Program-made: the position numbers and the translations under genes
Notes under the pieces: model-generated
What the model was told of the DNA's origin: nothing
Seen by the model: the letters and a program-made list of their open reading frames with translations, nothing else
Databases searched by the model: none
Assembly (NCBI GenBank): GCA_964441495.1
Contig: CAYTXV010000003.1
Location: 3,137 to 67,136, forward strand
DNA length: 64,000 nt
Origin: an uncultured Candidatus Saccharibacteria bacterium
GTDB taxonomy: Bacteria; Patescibacteriota; Minisyncoccia; Phycocordibacterales; UBA9973
Direction of reading: 5' to 3'
Shown here: positions 37,558 to 45,951 of the stretch, in pieces
Position numbering within the stretch: the stretch's first letter is position 1
Layout of the letters: each line of letters starts with the position of its first letter

Positions 37558-38196
37558 CTAGATAGAGCGCCCGTTTGCTGCATCTGCGTGATCCTGTTCG
37601 ATCATGGCGATGATGCGCTCAACGAGTCGCTTGGGATCATCGTCAAATATCACGCGATCCCCGGGACGGTTGCCTTTTGCGATCATGTCTTTGATCTGCT
37701 CTGCCATGGTCCACGGACCTTCGAGGACACCGATCGGTTTACCATCTTCAAATGCGATCGTAAACTCATGGATTGTACCGATGCGTCCACACCCGATGAT
37801 GATCGCGTCGCAGCTGCGCGTGAACAAGATGTCTCGTCCCGGAAATCCAAAGCCGGTATAGATGATGAGATCCATGTAGTCGACCGGGAGTCGATAGGTC
37901 TCAAGGTGCTCGCGTTGTGTTGCAGCTGGTGAAAGCCCGATAGAGACACCGTGCTCTTCTTTGGCACCCATACACGCCCACAGTGGGAACCCTGTCGTTG
38001 CACCACTGATGATGATCCCGCCTTGTCTGATGATCTCTCGTCCAAGTTCCTTGGCCTTGTCGAGCGCATTGAGTCCGCAGTGTCCTGTTTCTGCAGCACC
38101 AGAGACGCCGATTTTCAATTTGAGGTGTCCATGCTTCTCATCGTTTGCAAGTGGACCGTTATAACAAACGTATTTTTGTGCTGTTGTATCACTCAT
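37558..38196 (-). CDS. SLOG/LOG-family Rossmann protein (TIGR00725-like)
   Basis: KIGVSGAAETGHCG, IISGATTGFP, IIIGCGRIGTIHEF resemble the LOG/TIGR00725 PGGxGTxxE-type motif. Confidence 0.65.
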   Translation of the reverse strand: MSDTTAQKYVCYNGPLANDEKHGHLKLKIGVSGAAETGHCGLNALDKAKELGREIIRQGGIIISGATTGFPLWACMGAKEEHGVSIGLSPAATQREHLETYRLPVDYMDLIIYTGFGFPGRDILFTRSCDAIIIGCGRIGTIHEFTIAFEDGKPIGVLEGPWTMAEQIKDMIAKGNRPGDRVIFDDDPKRLVERIIAMIEQDHADAANGRSI

Positions 38197-38199
38197 AGA

Positions 38200-39582
38200 T
38201 TAGTTGCAATCCAATTCTACCACATCACCTTCTTGTGGTGCATATGCTTCAACACCGAGATAGTCACGTAGACGCTGCGTGAGATACAGAGAGCTCTTGG
38301 GTTCACCCATTGCAACGTATACCTTTTTGAGTGAGTCTGCAGTTTGCTCAACAAATTCGATGAGGTGATCAGAGTCTTTGTGTCCAGAGTATCCATCGAT
38401 GAACACCACGTGTGCTTTGACTGGGATCGTCTTGCCGTTGATGGTGACCTCTTTGGCACCATCTTGGATTGCGCGCCCCATTGTGCCGAGCGATTGATAT
38501 CCCGTGAGGAGGAGTGTGTTGTTAGGATCAGGGAGATAGTTTGCCTCGTGGTGCAGGACTCGACCGCCGTTACTCATGCCGCTCCCTGCGATCACAATCT
38601 TGGGGTTGGTAGTGTGAAGGATGTCTTTTGATTCCTCGGTGAGCAGTGTCGACTTGAGTCCAGGGAAACTAAAGATGTCATCACCTGCTCCGACGAGTGT
38701 GCGTGCAAAGTCGTTAAAGTATCGCGCATGCTTTGCATATACTTTGGTAAGTTTAATGCCAAGCGGTGAATCAAAAAAGATAGGCATCTGCGGCACGCGA
38801 TCATGCTCGACGAGCTGATCTATCTCAAAAAGGAGCTCTTGGCTTCGTTCAAGTGAAAACGTCGGGATAATCAGTGTCCCCTTTCGTTTGTAGTTGTCTT
38901 CGATGGTTGCTTCGAGCCGCTCGCGCCGGACTGCACGCTCGGTGTGGTTGCGGTCACCATACACACTCTCCATGAGGAGATAGTCGACTTTTGTAAGCGC
39001 TTCGGTATCGCGCAAGAGCGGTGAGGGAGAGTTTCCGAGATCTCCAGTAAAGACAATCTTTTTGTTGTTGTAGATGAGCTCGAGCATCCCCGATCCGAGC
39101 ACGTGGCCTGCATCACGATAGCGAAACACATATTCTCCGATAGTAAGGTCTTGATGGTAATCAATCACGTTCCAGAGTTTCATCACCTCTTGCATTGTCT
39201 TGGGGCTATAGATGTCTTTGAGCGCTTCGTTTTCGCTATGTGAGAGGATGTTTGCGGTATCTTCGAGCATGAGCTCTGCGATGTCTTTTGTAGGGATTGT
39301 TGAATATATTTTGCCTTTGAACCCATCGTGCACAAGTTTGGGAATGCGTCCGATGTGATCAATGTGCGCATGGGTCACAAAGAGTATATCGATCGAAGAC
39401 AGATCATATGGAAATGGATTCCAGTTCCAATCATCAGCCATCTTGGTTCCTTGGTTGAGTCCGCAATCAACGAGAAACTTGATCCCTGCTCCTTCAACAA
39501 GGAAGTTTGCACCGGTCACACTTCCTGTACCACCAGCAAAGGTGAGTGTGAGTGTATGATTTTTTTGCGCAGCGTCAGGCAT
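38200..39582 (-). CDS. MBL-fold beta-CASP family hydrolase (RNA-metabolising type)
   Basis: FVTHAHIDHIGRIP (HxHxDH), AGHVLGS, beta-CASP-length insert, SGHKDSDHL C-terminal motif. Confidence 0.85.
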   Translation of the reverse strand: MPDAAQKNHTLTLTFAGGTGSVTGANFLVEGAGIKFLVDCGLNQGTKMADDWNWNPFPYDLSSIDILFVTHAHIDHIGRIPKLVHDGFKGKIYSTIPTKDIAELMLEDTANILSHSENEALKDIYSPKTMQEVMKLWNVIDYHQDLTIGEYVFRYRDAGHVLGSGMLELIYNNKKIVFTGDLGNSPSPLLRDTEALTKVDYLLMESVYGDRNHTERAVRRERLEATIEDNYKRKGTLIIPTFSLERSQELLFEIDQLVEHDRVPQMPIFFDSPLGIKLTKVYAKHARYFNDFARTLVGAGDDIFSFPGLKSTLLTEESKDILHTTNPKIVIAGSGMSNGGRVLHHEANYLPDPNNTLLLTGYQSLGTMGRAIQDGAKEVTINGKTIPVKAHVVFIDGYSGHKDSDHLIEFVEQTADSLKKVYVAMGEPKSSLYLTQRLRDYLGVEAYAPQEGDVVELDCN

Positions 39583-39980
39583 TAGTCTTTATTGTACCGT
39601 TTCTGCAAGAGAAGCACAAAAGATACGCCAACAACTCCACCAATCATATCGCAGATGAGATCTGAGATAGAGTCACTGATGCTCGCAAGTTGTACACCTT
39701 TGACAAAAAACTGCACAATGTACTCGTAGTACTCCCATGCAAGTCCGACAACAAACACAAACAGGAGTATCGTGATGAGTAGCTCACTTGTAGTAAGCAC
39801 GCTCTTTCTCTTTGCAAGCGCAGCGGCGCCACACAGCGCAACAAACACTCCCCCGATCCCGTGCATGGGCATATCAAACCAACCAATAGTGACGTACCAA
39901 TAAAACGTATTGGCAAGCCAGTTGACCACACACAACCCGATCCCAGTGAGCGCCGAAGCGGTAAGTACACGTCGATACAT
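39582..39980 (-). CDS. Hypothetical integral membrane protein
   Basis: Start trimmed to ATG 39980 (MYRRVLT), 6 nt after a TGGCATACT box; 4 predicted TM helices; TAATG overlap with downstream gene. Confidence 0.6.
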   Translation of the reverse strand: MYRRVLTASALTGIGLCVVNWLANTFYWYVTIGWFDMPMHGIGGVFVALCGAAALAKRKSVLTTSELLITILLFVFVVGLAWEYYEYIVQFFVKGVQLASISDSISDLICDMIGGVVGVSFVLLLQKRYNKD

Positions 39981-39986
39981 ACCCCT

Positions 39987-39995
39987 AGTATGCCA
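39987..39995 (-). promoter_or_regulatory. Extended -10 promoter (TGGCATACT), leaderless-type, for the membrane protein/beta-CASP/SLOG operon
   Basis: Minus strand TGGCATACT-aggggt-ATG. Confidence 0.45.
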
Positions 39996-39996
39996 T

Positions 39997-40195
39997 ACAA
40001 AAAATCCCCTCACTATGCGTGAGAGGATCTCATTACGGCTATTTAGGAAATAGTACCTTAGCTTTGATGCCAAGTGGGCCACGCGAGATACAAAGATGCT
40101 TCGATGCAAAATTATTACTTCACACCCATAGCTTCCAGGTATCTACAACGGTTGCCCTGATAAACATGTTCTAAGTACTATTTGTAAATAGCCGT
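39997..40195 (-). ncRNA. Candidate ~200-nt small RNA (long irregular hairpin closed by its 5' and 3' ends, plus intrinsic terminator)
   Basis: TATACT box (40207-40202) 6-7 nt upstream of the 5' arm; arms 40195-40171 and 40061-40035 pair over ~23 bp; terminator CCTCTCAC-gcata-GTGAGGGG + TTTTTT at 40026-39997; no ORF. Confidence 0.45.
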
Positions 40196-40288
40196 ACCTC
40201 TAGTATACCTGCTCTGTGGTACGCAACAAGATAGACAGTGGATAAATCTAGTGTCTCGTTACCTCACAAGCACACAACAGCGCGGTTG

Positions 40289-40768
40289 TTACATCAAGTC
40301 GTCCGAAAATACGAATTTGGTATCAACCTTTTCGTATGCGACGAGCTCATCGACAGTGAAAAATCGCTCGATTTCTCGTGCGCCGTTTTCGACTGAGTCA
40401 GATGCGTGGACAACGTTGGACTGCATCGAGAGTGCGTAGTCGCCGCGGATCGTACCACCTTGTGCTTCATATCCCTTGGTAGGACCGACGATAGTGCGGA
40501 TAGCATCGACTGCCTTGATACCGGCAACCGCCATCACCACAACAGGCGATGACATCATGAACCGCTCAATGCGTGGATAGAACGGCTTGTCAGCAACGTG
40601 TGCGTAGTGTTCGCGTAGAAGCGCTTCTTTGAGCTCCATCATCTTCATCCCGATGATTTTGAGCCCCTTGCGTTCAAAGCGAGTAATGATCTCCCCGACG
40701 AGGGATCGCTGCACTGCGTCTGGCTTGATGATGATAAGTGATCGTTCTTCTGTTTCGTGGATTTTCAT
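40289..40768 (-). CDS. ndk: Nucleoside diphosphate kinase
   Basis: ERSLIIIKPDAVQRSLVGEIITRFERKGLKIIG; NVVHASDS active-site His. Confidence 0.95.
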   Translation of the reverse strand: MKIHETEERSLIIIKPDAVQRSLVGEIITRFERKGLKIIGMKMMELKEALLREHYAHVADKPFYPRIERFMMSSPVVVMAVAGIKAVDAIRTIVGPTKGYEAQGGTIRGDYALSMQSNVVHASDSVENGAREIERFFTVDELVAYEKVDTKFVFSDDLM

Positions 40769-40791
40769 ACCCGAGCATCATATATGCAAAT

Positions 40792-40821
40792 AAAAAAAGC
40801 CGCAAATGGTGAGTTTGCTGC
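40792..40821 (-). terminator. Rho-independent terminator after the DUF4406-like gene
   Basis: Minus strand GCAGCAAA-ctcacca-TTTGCGGC (7 of 8 bp) followed by TTTTTTT. Confidence 0.55.
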
Positions 40822-40834
40822 TTTGTTTAATTTG

Positions 40835-41371
40835 CTAGACGGAATCTTCCGGTAGATAGATAATTTCGCTTTTCAGTTTTGTAAAAATTGCATGTTCCAT
40901 TGCCGCACCGATTGAATGTTCCCATCCGACAATAAAGTGGGGCTTCCATTCTTTGTCTGAATAAAATATGTCCCGGTAAAAATGGTCAATAAAAAACTTT
41001 GAGGTTTTATTACCCGGACACAGCTCTTTATTGTCTTTGATTAATTCATGTACTTTTGCAAACAATGGCTCAAAAGGCATCTGATTGAAAATTGGCATTT
41101 GATTTGAAATCTTTACAACGGTCTGGTTGAAAATTTCCAGATTTCTTTCCACGGAATATTTCCCGGTAGATATGGGACCGCAAACTATACCCAGCTGATG
41201 CGGCAGTCTTTTCAAATAATCCTTTGCAATAAGGGATGCCTTTTCCATAATAACCATTGCGTCTTCTAAGGAAGATAATGCTTCCAGTTCATCAATCATT
41301 GATTGATCCCATTGCTCGAAATAAAAAATACCGTTTTGTGCAGATGGTGTCCAATTTTTGAAATGTACCAT
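40835..41371 (-). CDS. Nucleoside 2-deoxyribosyltransferase-like / DUF4406-like protein
   Basis: CGPISTG early motif and C-terminal GWEHSIGAAMEHAIFTKLKSEIIYL resemble the W..S.GA..E...A signature; AT-rich gene. Confidence 0.5.
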   Translation of the reverse strand: MVHFKNWTPSAQNGIFYFEQWDQSMIDELEALSSLEDAMVIMEKASLIAKDYLKRLPHQLGIVCGPISTGKYSVERNLEIFNQTVVKISNQMPIFNQMPFEPLFAKVHELIKDNKELCPGNKTSKFFIDHFYRDIFYSDKEWKPHFIVGWEHSIGAAMEHAIFTKLKSEIIYLPEDSV

Positions 41372-41420
41372 AGTGATTTGTTTTCGTGGATACTACTCTT
41401 AAAAAACAAATAGTCAATAA

Positions 41421-43079
41421 CTACATCCTTTCCGGCACCTCAATCCCAAGCACATGAAGTCCATTTACGAGTGTCTGTCTGACTGCGTGCACAACTGCGA
41501 GTCTGTATGCGGTGGCGGACGCGTCTTCATCGATGATCTTGCCCTGTCCATACCAGCTGTTGAACGCTTGCGCAAGCTCAAGCAGGTAGCCGACGATATG
41601 GTGAGGTGACCACTCGTGTTGCGCGTCTGTGATCACTTCTGGGAACCGCGCGATGAGCCGTTCGATCAGCTCAGTGCCAGTAGTCGGTACTCCTGCATCA
41701 GAGACTATCCCAGCCTCAGCACCCTTGTGCACGAGTGACTGCGCGCGCACTGCTGTGTACTGCACGTACGGGCCACTGTCCCCTTCAAACGAAAGTGAGG
41801 TGTCAGGATCAAAGTCGATGTTCTTGCCCGCAGCTGCTCTGAGGATCGCAAACTTGATAGCAGCGATACCGATCTGCTCTGCAGCAGTGTCTGAGATGTC
41901 AGGATTCTTTTCTTTGACTTCGGCGATCACGGTGTCGAGCACATCAGTTGCAAGTGGTACCCCGCCAAGACGCGAAGACATTTTCTGGCCTTTGAACGAC
42001 ATACGTCCATGATATCGATGCAAACTTTTTGCCTTCCAATCTGGATTGATATGAGATCCTGCATCAAGGACAACAGCAAAGTGCGATACCTGCTGCGCAT
42101 CAGTGATAAATATCGAAAGGTCGGGGTTGTATTTCTTGAACTTGAGATCAAGGAGTCCGATATCTTTGGCTTCGTATGTGGGATTGCCTTGGCTATTGAT
42201 AAAGACTGCAGTGTGAAGCTTGGGGTCAGCTGGTTCATAAATGATTGCACCTTCACTTTGCTTGAATACGCTTGGCACATTGTCCTGCACGATCTTCTTG
42301 CCTTCTTCACCTGCCTCACTTTCATATATGTATGCATCAAAGTGTGAGCCGAGCTTTGCAACGATTGATTCGAAGTATGCGATGTTTAATTTCTTGCATG
42401 TTTGAAAAAGCTCTAGTTCAGGACTTTCTTTGCCTGCATAGAGGTTATCTGCGATTTCTTTGACGCGAGCTTGCACGGTTTCATCTTCTTCATAGCACTT
42501 CGTGCCTTCGACATATGCATCACCAAGCACTGTCACCTCTGTTGGTTGGATATCTTTTTCAAGAAGTATATATATCGCCTTTGCGACACCGAGTGAGATA
42601 TCCGACGGAAACGACATCGTGGTCACGTGCGCACCAGAAACACGTGCCAGGCGCGTGATCGCTTCACCTATCGTGTTGTTCATGAGATGCCCGATGTGAA
42701 ATGGCTTGAATAGGTTAGGAGATGAATGCTCTACGAGAACCTTCTTGCCAGCATAGACATCAGTGCGCCCATACGATTGGGTAGATGCCTCACGAACTGC
42801 ATCGACGAAGTGTGTACGCGCAAGGGTGAAGTTGATAAACCCTGGACCTGCAACGGTGACAGACTCGATGAGTCCTTCCTTGTACTCACTCATATGTGTA
42901 GCAAGCGCCTCAGCAATTTCTTTGGGGTTTTTGCCAAGTGACTTACTCGCAACGAGTGCTGCATTGGTCGCATAGTCACCACGAGCCATATCCTTGGGAT
43001 GTTCAATCACAAAGTCAGCGCTCACACCAAAGAGTTCACCGAGCGCTTTGGAGACGAGTGTATGGAGATAGTCGTTCAT
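41421..43079 (-). CDS. argS: Arginyl-tRNA synthetase
   Basis: SSPNLFKPFHIGHLMN (HIGH), FKGQKMSSRLG, C-terminal DALR anticodon-binding region ending ...ERM. Confidence 0.95.
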   Translation of the reverse strand: MNDYLHTLVSKALGELFGVSADFVIEHPKDMARGDYATNAALVASKSLGKNPKEIAEALATHMSEYKEGLIESVTVAGPGFINFTLARTHFVDAVREASTQSYGRTDVYAGKKVLVEHSSPNLFKPFHIGHLMNNTIGEAITRLARVSGAHVTTMSFPSDISLGVAKAIYILLEKDIQPTEVTVLGDAYVEGTKCYEEDETVQARVKEIADNLYAGKESPELELFQTCKKLNIAYFESIVAKLGSHFDAYIYESEAGEEGKKIVQDNVPSVFKQSEGAIIYEPADPKLHTAVFINSQGNPTYEAKDIGLLDLKFKKYNPDLSIFITDAQQVSHFAVVLDAGSHINPDWKAKSLHRYHGRMSFKGQKMSSRLGGVPLATDVLDTVIAEVKEKNPDISDTAAEQIGIAAIKFAILRAAAGKNIDFDPDTSLSFEGDSGPYVQYTAVRAQSLVHKGAEAGIVSDAGVPTTGTELIERLIARFPEVITDAQHEWSPHHIVGYLLELAQAFNSWYGQGKIIDEDASATAYRLAVVHAVRQTLVNGLHVLGIEVPERM

Positions 43080-43111
43080 ACCAAGGATAATAGCAGAAAA
43101 TGCAGGTTTTG

Positions 43112-43534
43112 CTATTTGCCACTACTGCCAAACCCTGTCGCACCCCGCTCGGTCTCAGAGAGCTGGTCCACCATCTCAAATGTCACGTGCTCTACCCTTT
43201 GGATCAGCATTTGGGCGACTTTGTCACCCTTTTCAAACACATACTCTGTTGCCGAGAGATTGATCATCCCTACCATGACTTCCCCGCGATACCCTGCATC
43301 AACGACACCACCGAGCACCTTGAGTCCGTGTTTGATACTGAGCCCGCTTTTGTCCCACACAAGCCCCACATAGCCCTCAGGTATCTCGAGTGCCACCCCG
43401 CTCGGTACCAGGGTCTGTACCCCTGGAGCAAGCACGGTGCGCTCCCGTGCGTACAAATCAAACCCCGCATCCCCCGGCTTGGCATACGAGAGATCCGGGA
43501 GTGACGAGTCGAGCTTTTTGATACGGATGTGCAT
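43112..43534 (-). CDS. dut: dUTP diphosphatase
   Basis: AGFDLYA, GLVWDKSGLSIKHG, GVVDAGYRGEV, RGATGFGSSG. Confidence 0.93.
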   Translation of the reverse strand: MHIRIKKLDSSLPDLSYAKPGDAGFDLYARERTVLAPGVQTLVPSGVALEIPEGYVGLVWDKSGLSIKHGLKVLGGVVDAGYRGEVMVGMINLSATEYVFEKGDKVAQMLIQRVEHVTFEMVDQLSETERGATGFGSSGK

Positions 43535-43606
43535 AGGGAGATTGTAGCATTTGGTATTAGTTTGACTTTCAAGATGTAAAAGGTAGTATTTGGAAAAAAT
43601 TACATT

Positions 43607-44566
43607 ATGAAAAGAAATATTGTTATTTACAAACCTTATGCAGAAAGAATTCCTGATTCACAGTATAAAAATCTTCTGAAAGATATACTGGAAAACGGTT
43701 ATCAAAAAACTAGTATCCATGCTTCTTTACCCGAAAATGCCGGTTCAGGGCATAAACATTGTCTTGAACTACCTGGCAGAATGCTTCAATATAATCTCGC
43801 GAATGGCGCTCCAATAGAGCCTATCCGCGACCTTACAAAGCACGGACTTATTAAGGGGGCAATTGGTGAGATTATCGGATTCTTGAATGGAGCACGAACG
43901 CTTGACGAGCTTATCTCGTTTGGCTGCAAGAAAAATTTCTGGGAAAACTGGGTGACCGCAAAAAAATGTGGAGACTTCGGCCTGAACGAAGGAGATCTTG
44001 GCCCTGGTTCGTATGGACCTGTTCTCACGGCAATACCTATGGAGAATGGGAAAACTTTCAATCAGGTTGAAGCTGTATTCAAGAAGATGATAAAAAATCC
44101 ACTTGGACGAACAAATTTATTGAGTACCTGGTATCCACCTCTTGCTGTCGGAGATGAAGAACAAGGGTCGCCGAGGAAAGTTGTTGTTGCACCGTGTCAT
44201 GGCAACATTGTTCAATTTGATGTGATGGATAATACGACCATGCATATGGCGGTCTATCAACGATCTGCGGATTGCCCTGTTGGATTAGTCCTAAATCTTA
44301 CGGAATGGATTTCATGCGGTTTGATGGCAGCGTATATGACCAATACACAACTTACGTATTACACGCATTTTTTGCCGGACCCACAGATCTATGACATTCA
44401 AATCGAAAAAGTACAGCAACTACTTTCTAGAGACCCCTTAAGGCTTCCAAGCCTTTATCTCCGCCCTAAAAGAAAAATCAAATCGATTACCGACTTCAGG
44501 ATTGAAGATTTCGAGGTTGAGGATTATCACCCGCACTCGTGGATTTCTATTCCTTCTGCAATTTAG
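43607..44566 (+). CDS. Thymidylate synthase (ThyA) family protein, highly divergent
   Basis: VAPCHGNIVQFDV (catalytic Cys), YQRSADCPVGLVLNLTEW, C-terminus SRDPLRLPSLYLRPKRKIKSITDFRIEDFEVEDYHPHSWISIPSAI colinear with E. coli ThyA C-terminus; AT-rich. Confidence 0.8.
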   Translation: MKRNIVIYKPYAERIPDSQYKNLLKDILENGYQKTSIHASLPENAGSGHKHCLELPGRMLQYNLANGAPIEPIRDLTKHGLIKGAIGEIIGFLNGARTLDELISFGCKKNFWENWVTAKKCGDFGLNEGDLGPGSYGPVLTAIPMENGKTFNQVEAVFKKMIKNPLGRTNLLSTWYPPLAVGDEEQGSPRKVVVAPCHGNIVQFDVMDNTTMHMAVYQRSADCPVGLVLNLTEWISCGLMAAYMTNTQLTYYTHFLPDPQIYDIQIEKVQQLLSRDPLRLPSLYLRPKRKIKSITDFRIEDFEVEDYHPHSWISIPSAI

Positions 44567-44635
44567 TATTTATTATGTCCACTATCTTTTTGGTGGACAT
44601 TTTTTATAAATGATGTATGATAAAAAAATAATTTT

Positions 44636-45082
44636 ATGAGTACAAAAAAATACGTTGATATAACCAACACTCGAGGTGAAGAAATGCGAAAAAAATGGGA
44701 AAAAATTATTAATGATGCTGTCGACCCATTTGATCCAACTCATGTCGAAAAATACATCGGTGGAAAAATCCTTCACCAAGGTAAATATTGGTACGTGTTC
44801 AAAAATGATCATCCTTATACGGGTATAAAACATCAATTGGTTATTGTTACAAATGAGTTTTATGAAACCGATGAAGATTTACCATCCGAAGTTTGGCTTG
44901 AGCTTCAAACCATTAAAAGAATATTATGTGCTAAATATAATATTACCGGCGGTGGTTTGATTATGAGATTTGGTGATACATCATTTTCAGGAGGATCAGT
45001 TACTCACTTACACGCACAACTTATTATGCCAGAGGAAAATACAAAAGTTCCTGTGTGGTTTGGTTCTAAAAAAGAAGAATAG
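44636..45082 (+). CDS. HIT-superfamily-like protein with HxHxQ motif (GalT/Ap4A-phosphorylase branch-like)
   Basis: GGSVTHLHAQLIMP near the C-terminus; 148 aa; assignment rests on this motif and on size only. Confidence 0.5.
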   Translation: MSTKKYVDITNTRGEEMRKKWEKIINDAVDPFDPTHVEKYIGGKILHQGKYWYVFKNDHPYTGIKHQLVIVTNEFYETDEDLPSEVWLELQTIKRILCAKYNITGGGLIMRFGDTSFSGGSVTHLHAQLIMPEENTKVPVWFGSKKEE

Positions 45083-45087
45083 TAAAA

Positions 45088-45116
45088 AAGGTTCGTCGAA
45101 ATTATCGACGAACCTT
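45088..45116. terminator. Bidirectional rho-independent terminator between convergent genes
   Basis: AAGGTTCGTCGA-aatta-TCGACGAACCTT perfect 12-bp stem flanked by A-run and T-run. Confidence 0.85.
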
Positions 45117-45117
45117 T

Positions 45118-45951
45118 TTATTTTACCTGGATAATTTCAACTTTTGCTGCCCGTAGAAGTTCTACGGCATTTTGATTTGAATACCCTTCTTTGAAGAACA
45201 ATCGCTTGATACCAACCCTGGATATCATTTGTGCACATGGGAGACATGGAAACGTCGTTACGTACATATCTTCACCATACAAAGCAATTCCTTTTCGAAG
45301 CGCTTTTGCAAACAATGCTTTTTCTGCGTGAATTGCTCCACATATTTCGGGTTTTTCTCCTGGCTTCATAATGAGACGCATATCACCAGTCTCATATGGT
45401 TCCATAGATGTAGGTAGGTGTTCGTTATAGGCTACAAGAAATCCTTCTTTGAGCGGTATAAGTGCACCTACTTGTCTCCAGAAATCAGAGCTTTTTTGTG
45501 CTTCGTTTTGTGCAATACCCATCAACTCCTTATCTAAATCCGATGTTGATATCTTATAATCCGCAACTACTTCTTTAGGAGTATTAGTATTTCTCCAATC
45601 CCATCTTAGAAATGCGTTATCAAATACAACACTGGTTGAAGATGACACCTTTGCAGCAAGGATACGAGAGATATCTTCATCTGGCATTACCAATACATTG
45701 AAACGAGTAAGGTTTTCCACTTCTTCAAACTCGCGAATATTTAAAGCTGGAAATTTGCAGTGCAAATACGCTGCAACTTCGTGAGTAGGAATAGTACGGA
45801 TATCTCTACTGAATTGATCCGCAATAACCTGATCAATACTTTTTAAGTTTTGTGCAGAAAGTAATATAACATCTACTGGTTGATGTCGCTCGATAAGCGA
45901 AACGTATCCCTGATGAATTACTGGCATATAGAGCACGATTGCTTTTGTCAT
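45118..45951 (-). CDS. dCMP/cytidine deaminase-family protein with ~130-aa N-terminal domain of unknown function
   Basis: C-terminal half: GAIHAEKALF (HAE zinc site) and TFPCLPCAQMI (PCxxC); N-terminal half MTKAIVLYMPVIHQGYVSLIE... unassigned. Confidence 0.8.
   Translation of the reverse strand: MTKAIVLYMPVIHQGYVSLIERHQPVDVILLSAQNLKSIDQVIADQFSRDIRTIPTHEVAAYLHCKFPALNIREFEEVENLTRFNVLVMPDEDISRILAAKVSSSTSVVFDNAFLRWDWRNTNTPKEVVADYKISTSDLDKELMGIAQNEAQKSSDFWRQVGALIPLKEGFLVAYNEHLPTSMEPYETGDMRLIMKPGEKPEICGAIHAEKALFAKALRKGIALYGEDMYVTTFPCLPCAQMISRVGIKRLFFKEGYSNQNAVELLRAAKVEIIQVK

Noticed and set aside
40034-40198. Inverted-repeat-bounded element interpreted as a MITE
   Set aside because: I noticed no flanking direct repeats and no second copy of the 22-nt arm in this window. 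A precisely placed -10 box and terminator favour an RNA gene. This is not fully excluded.
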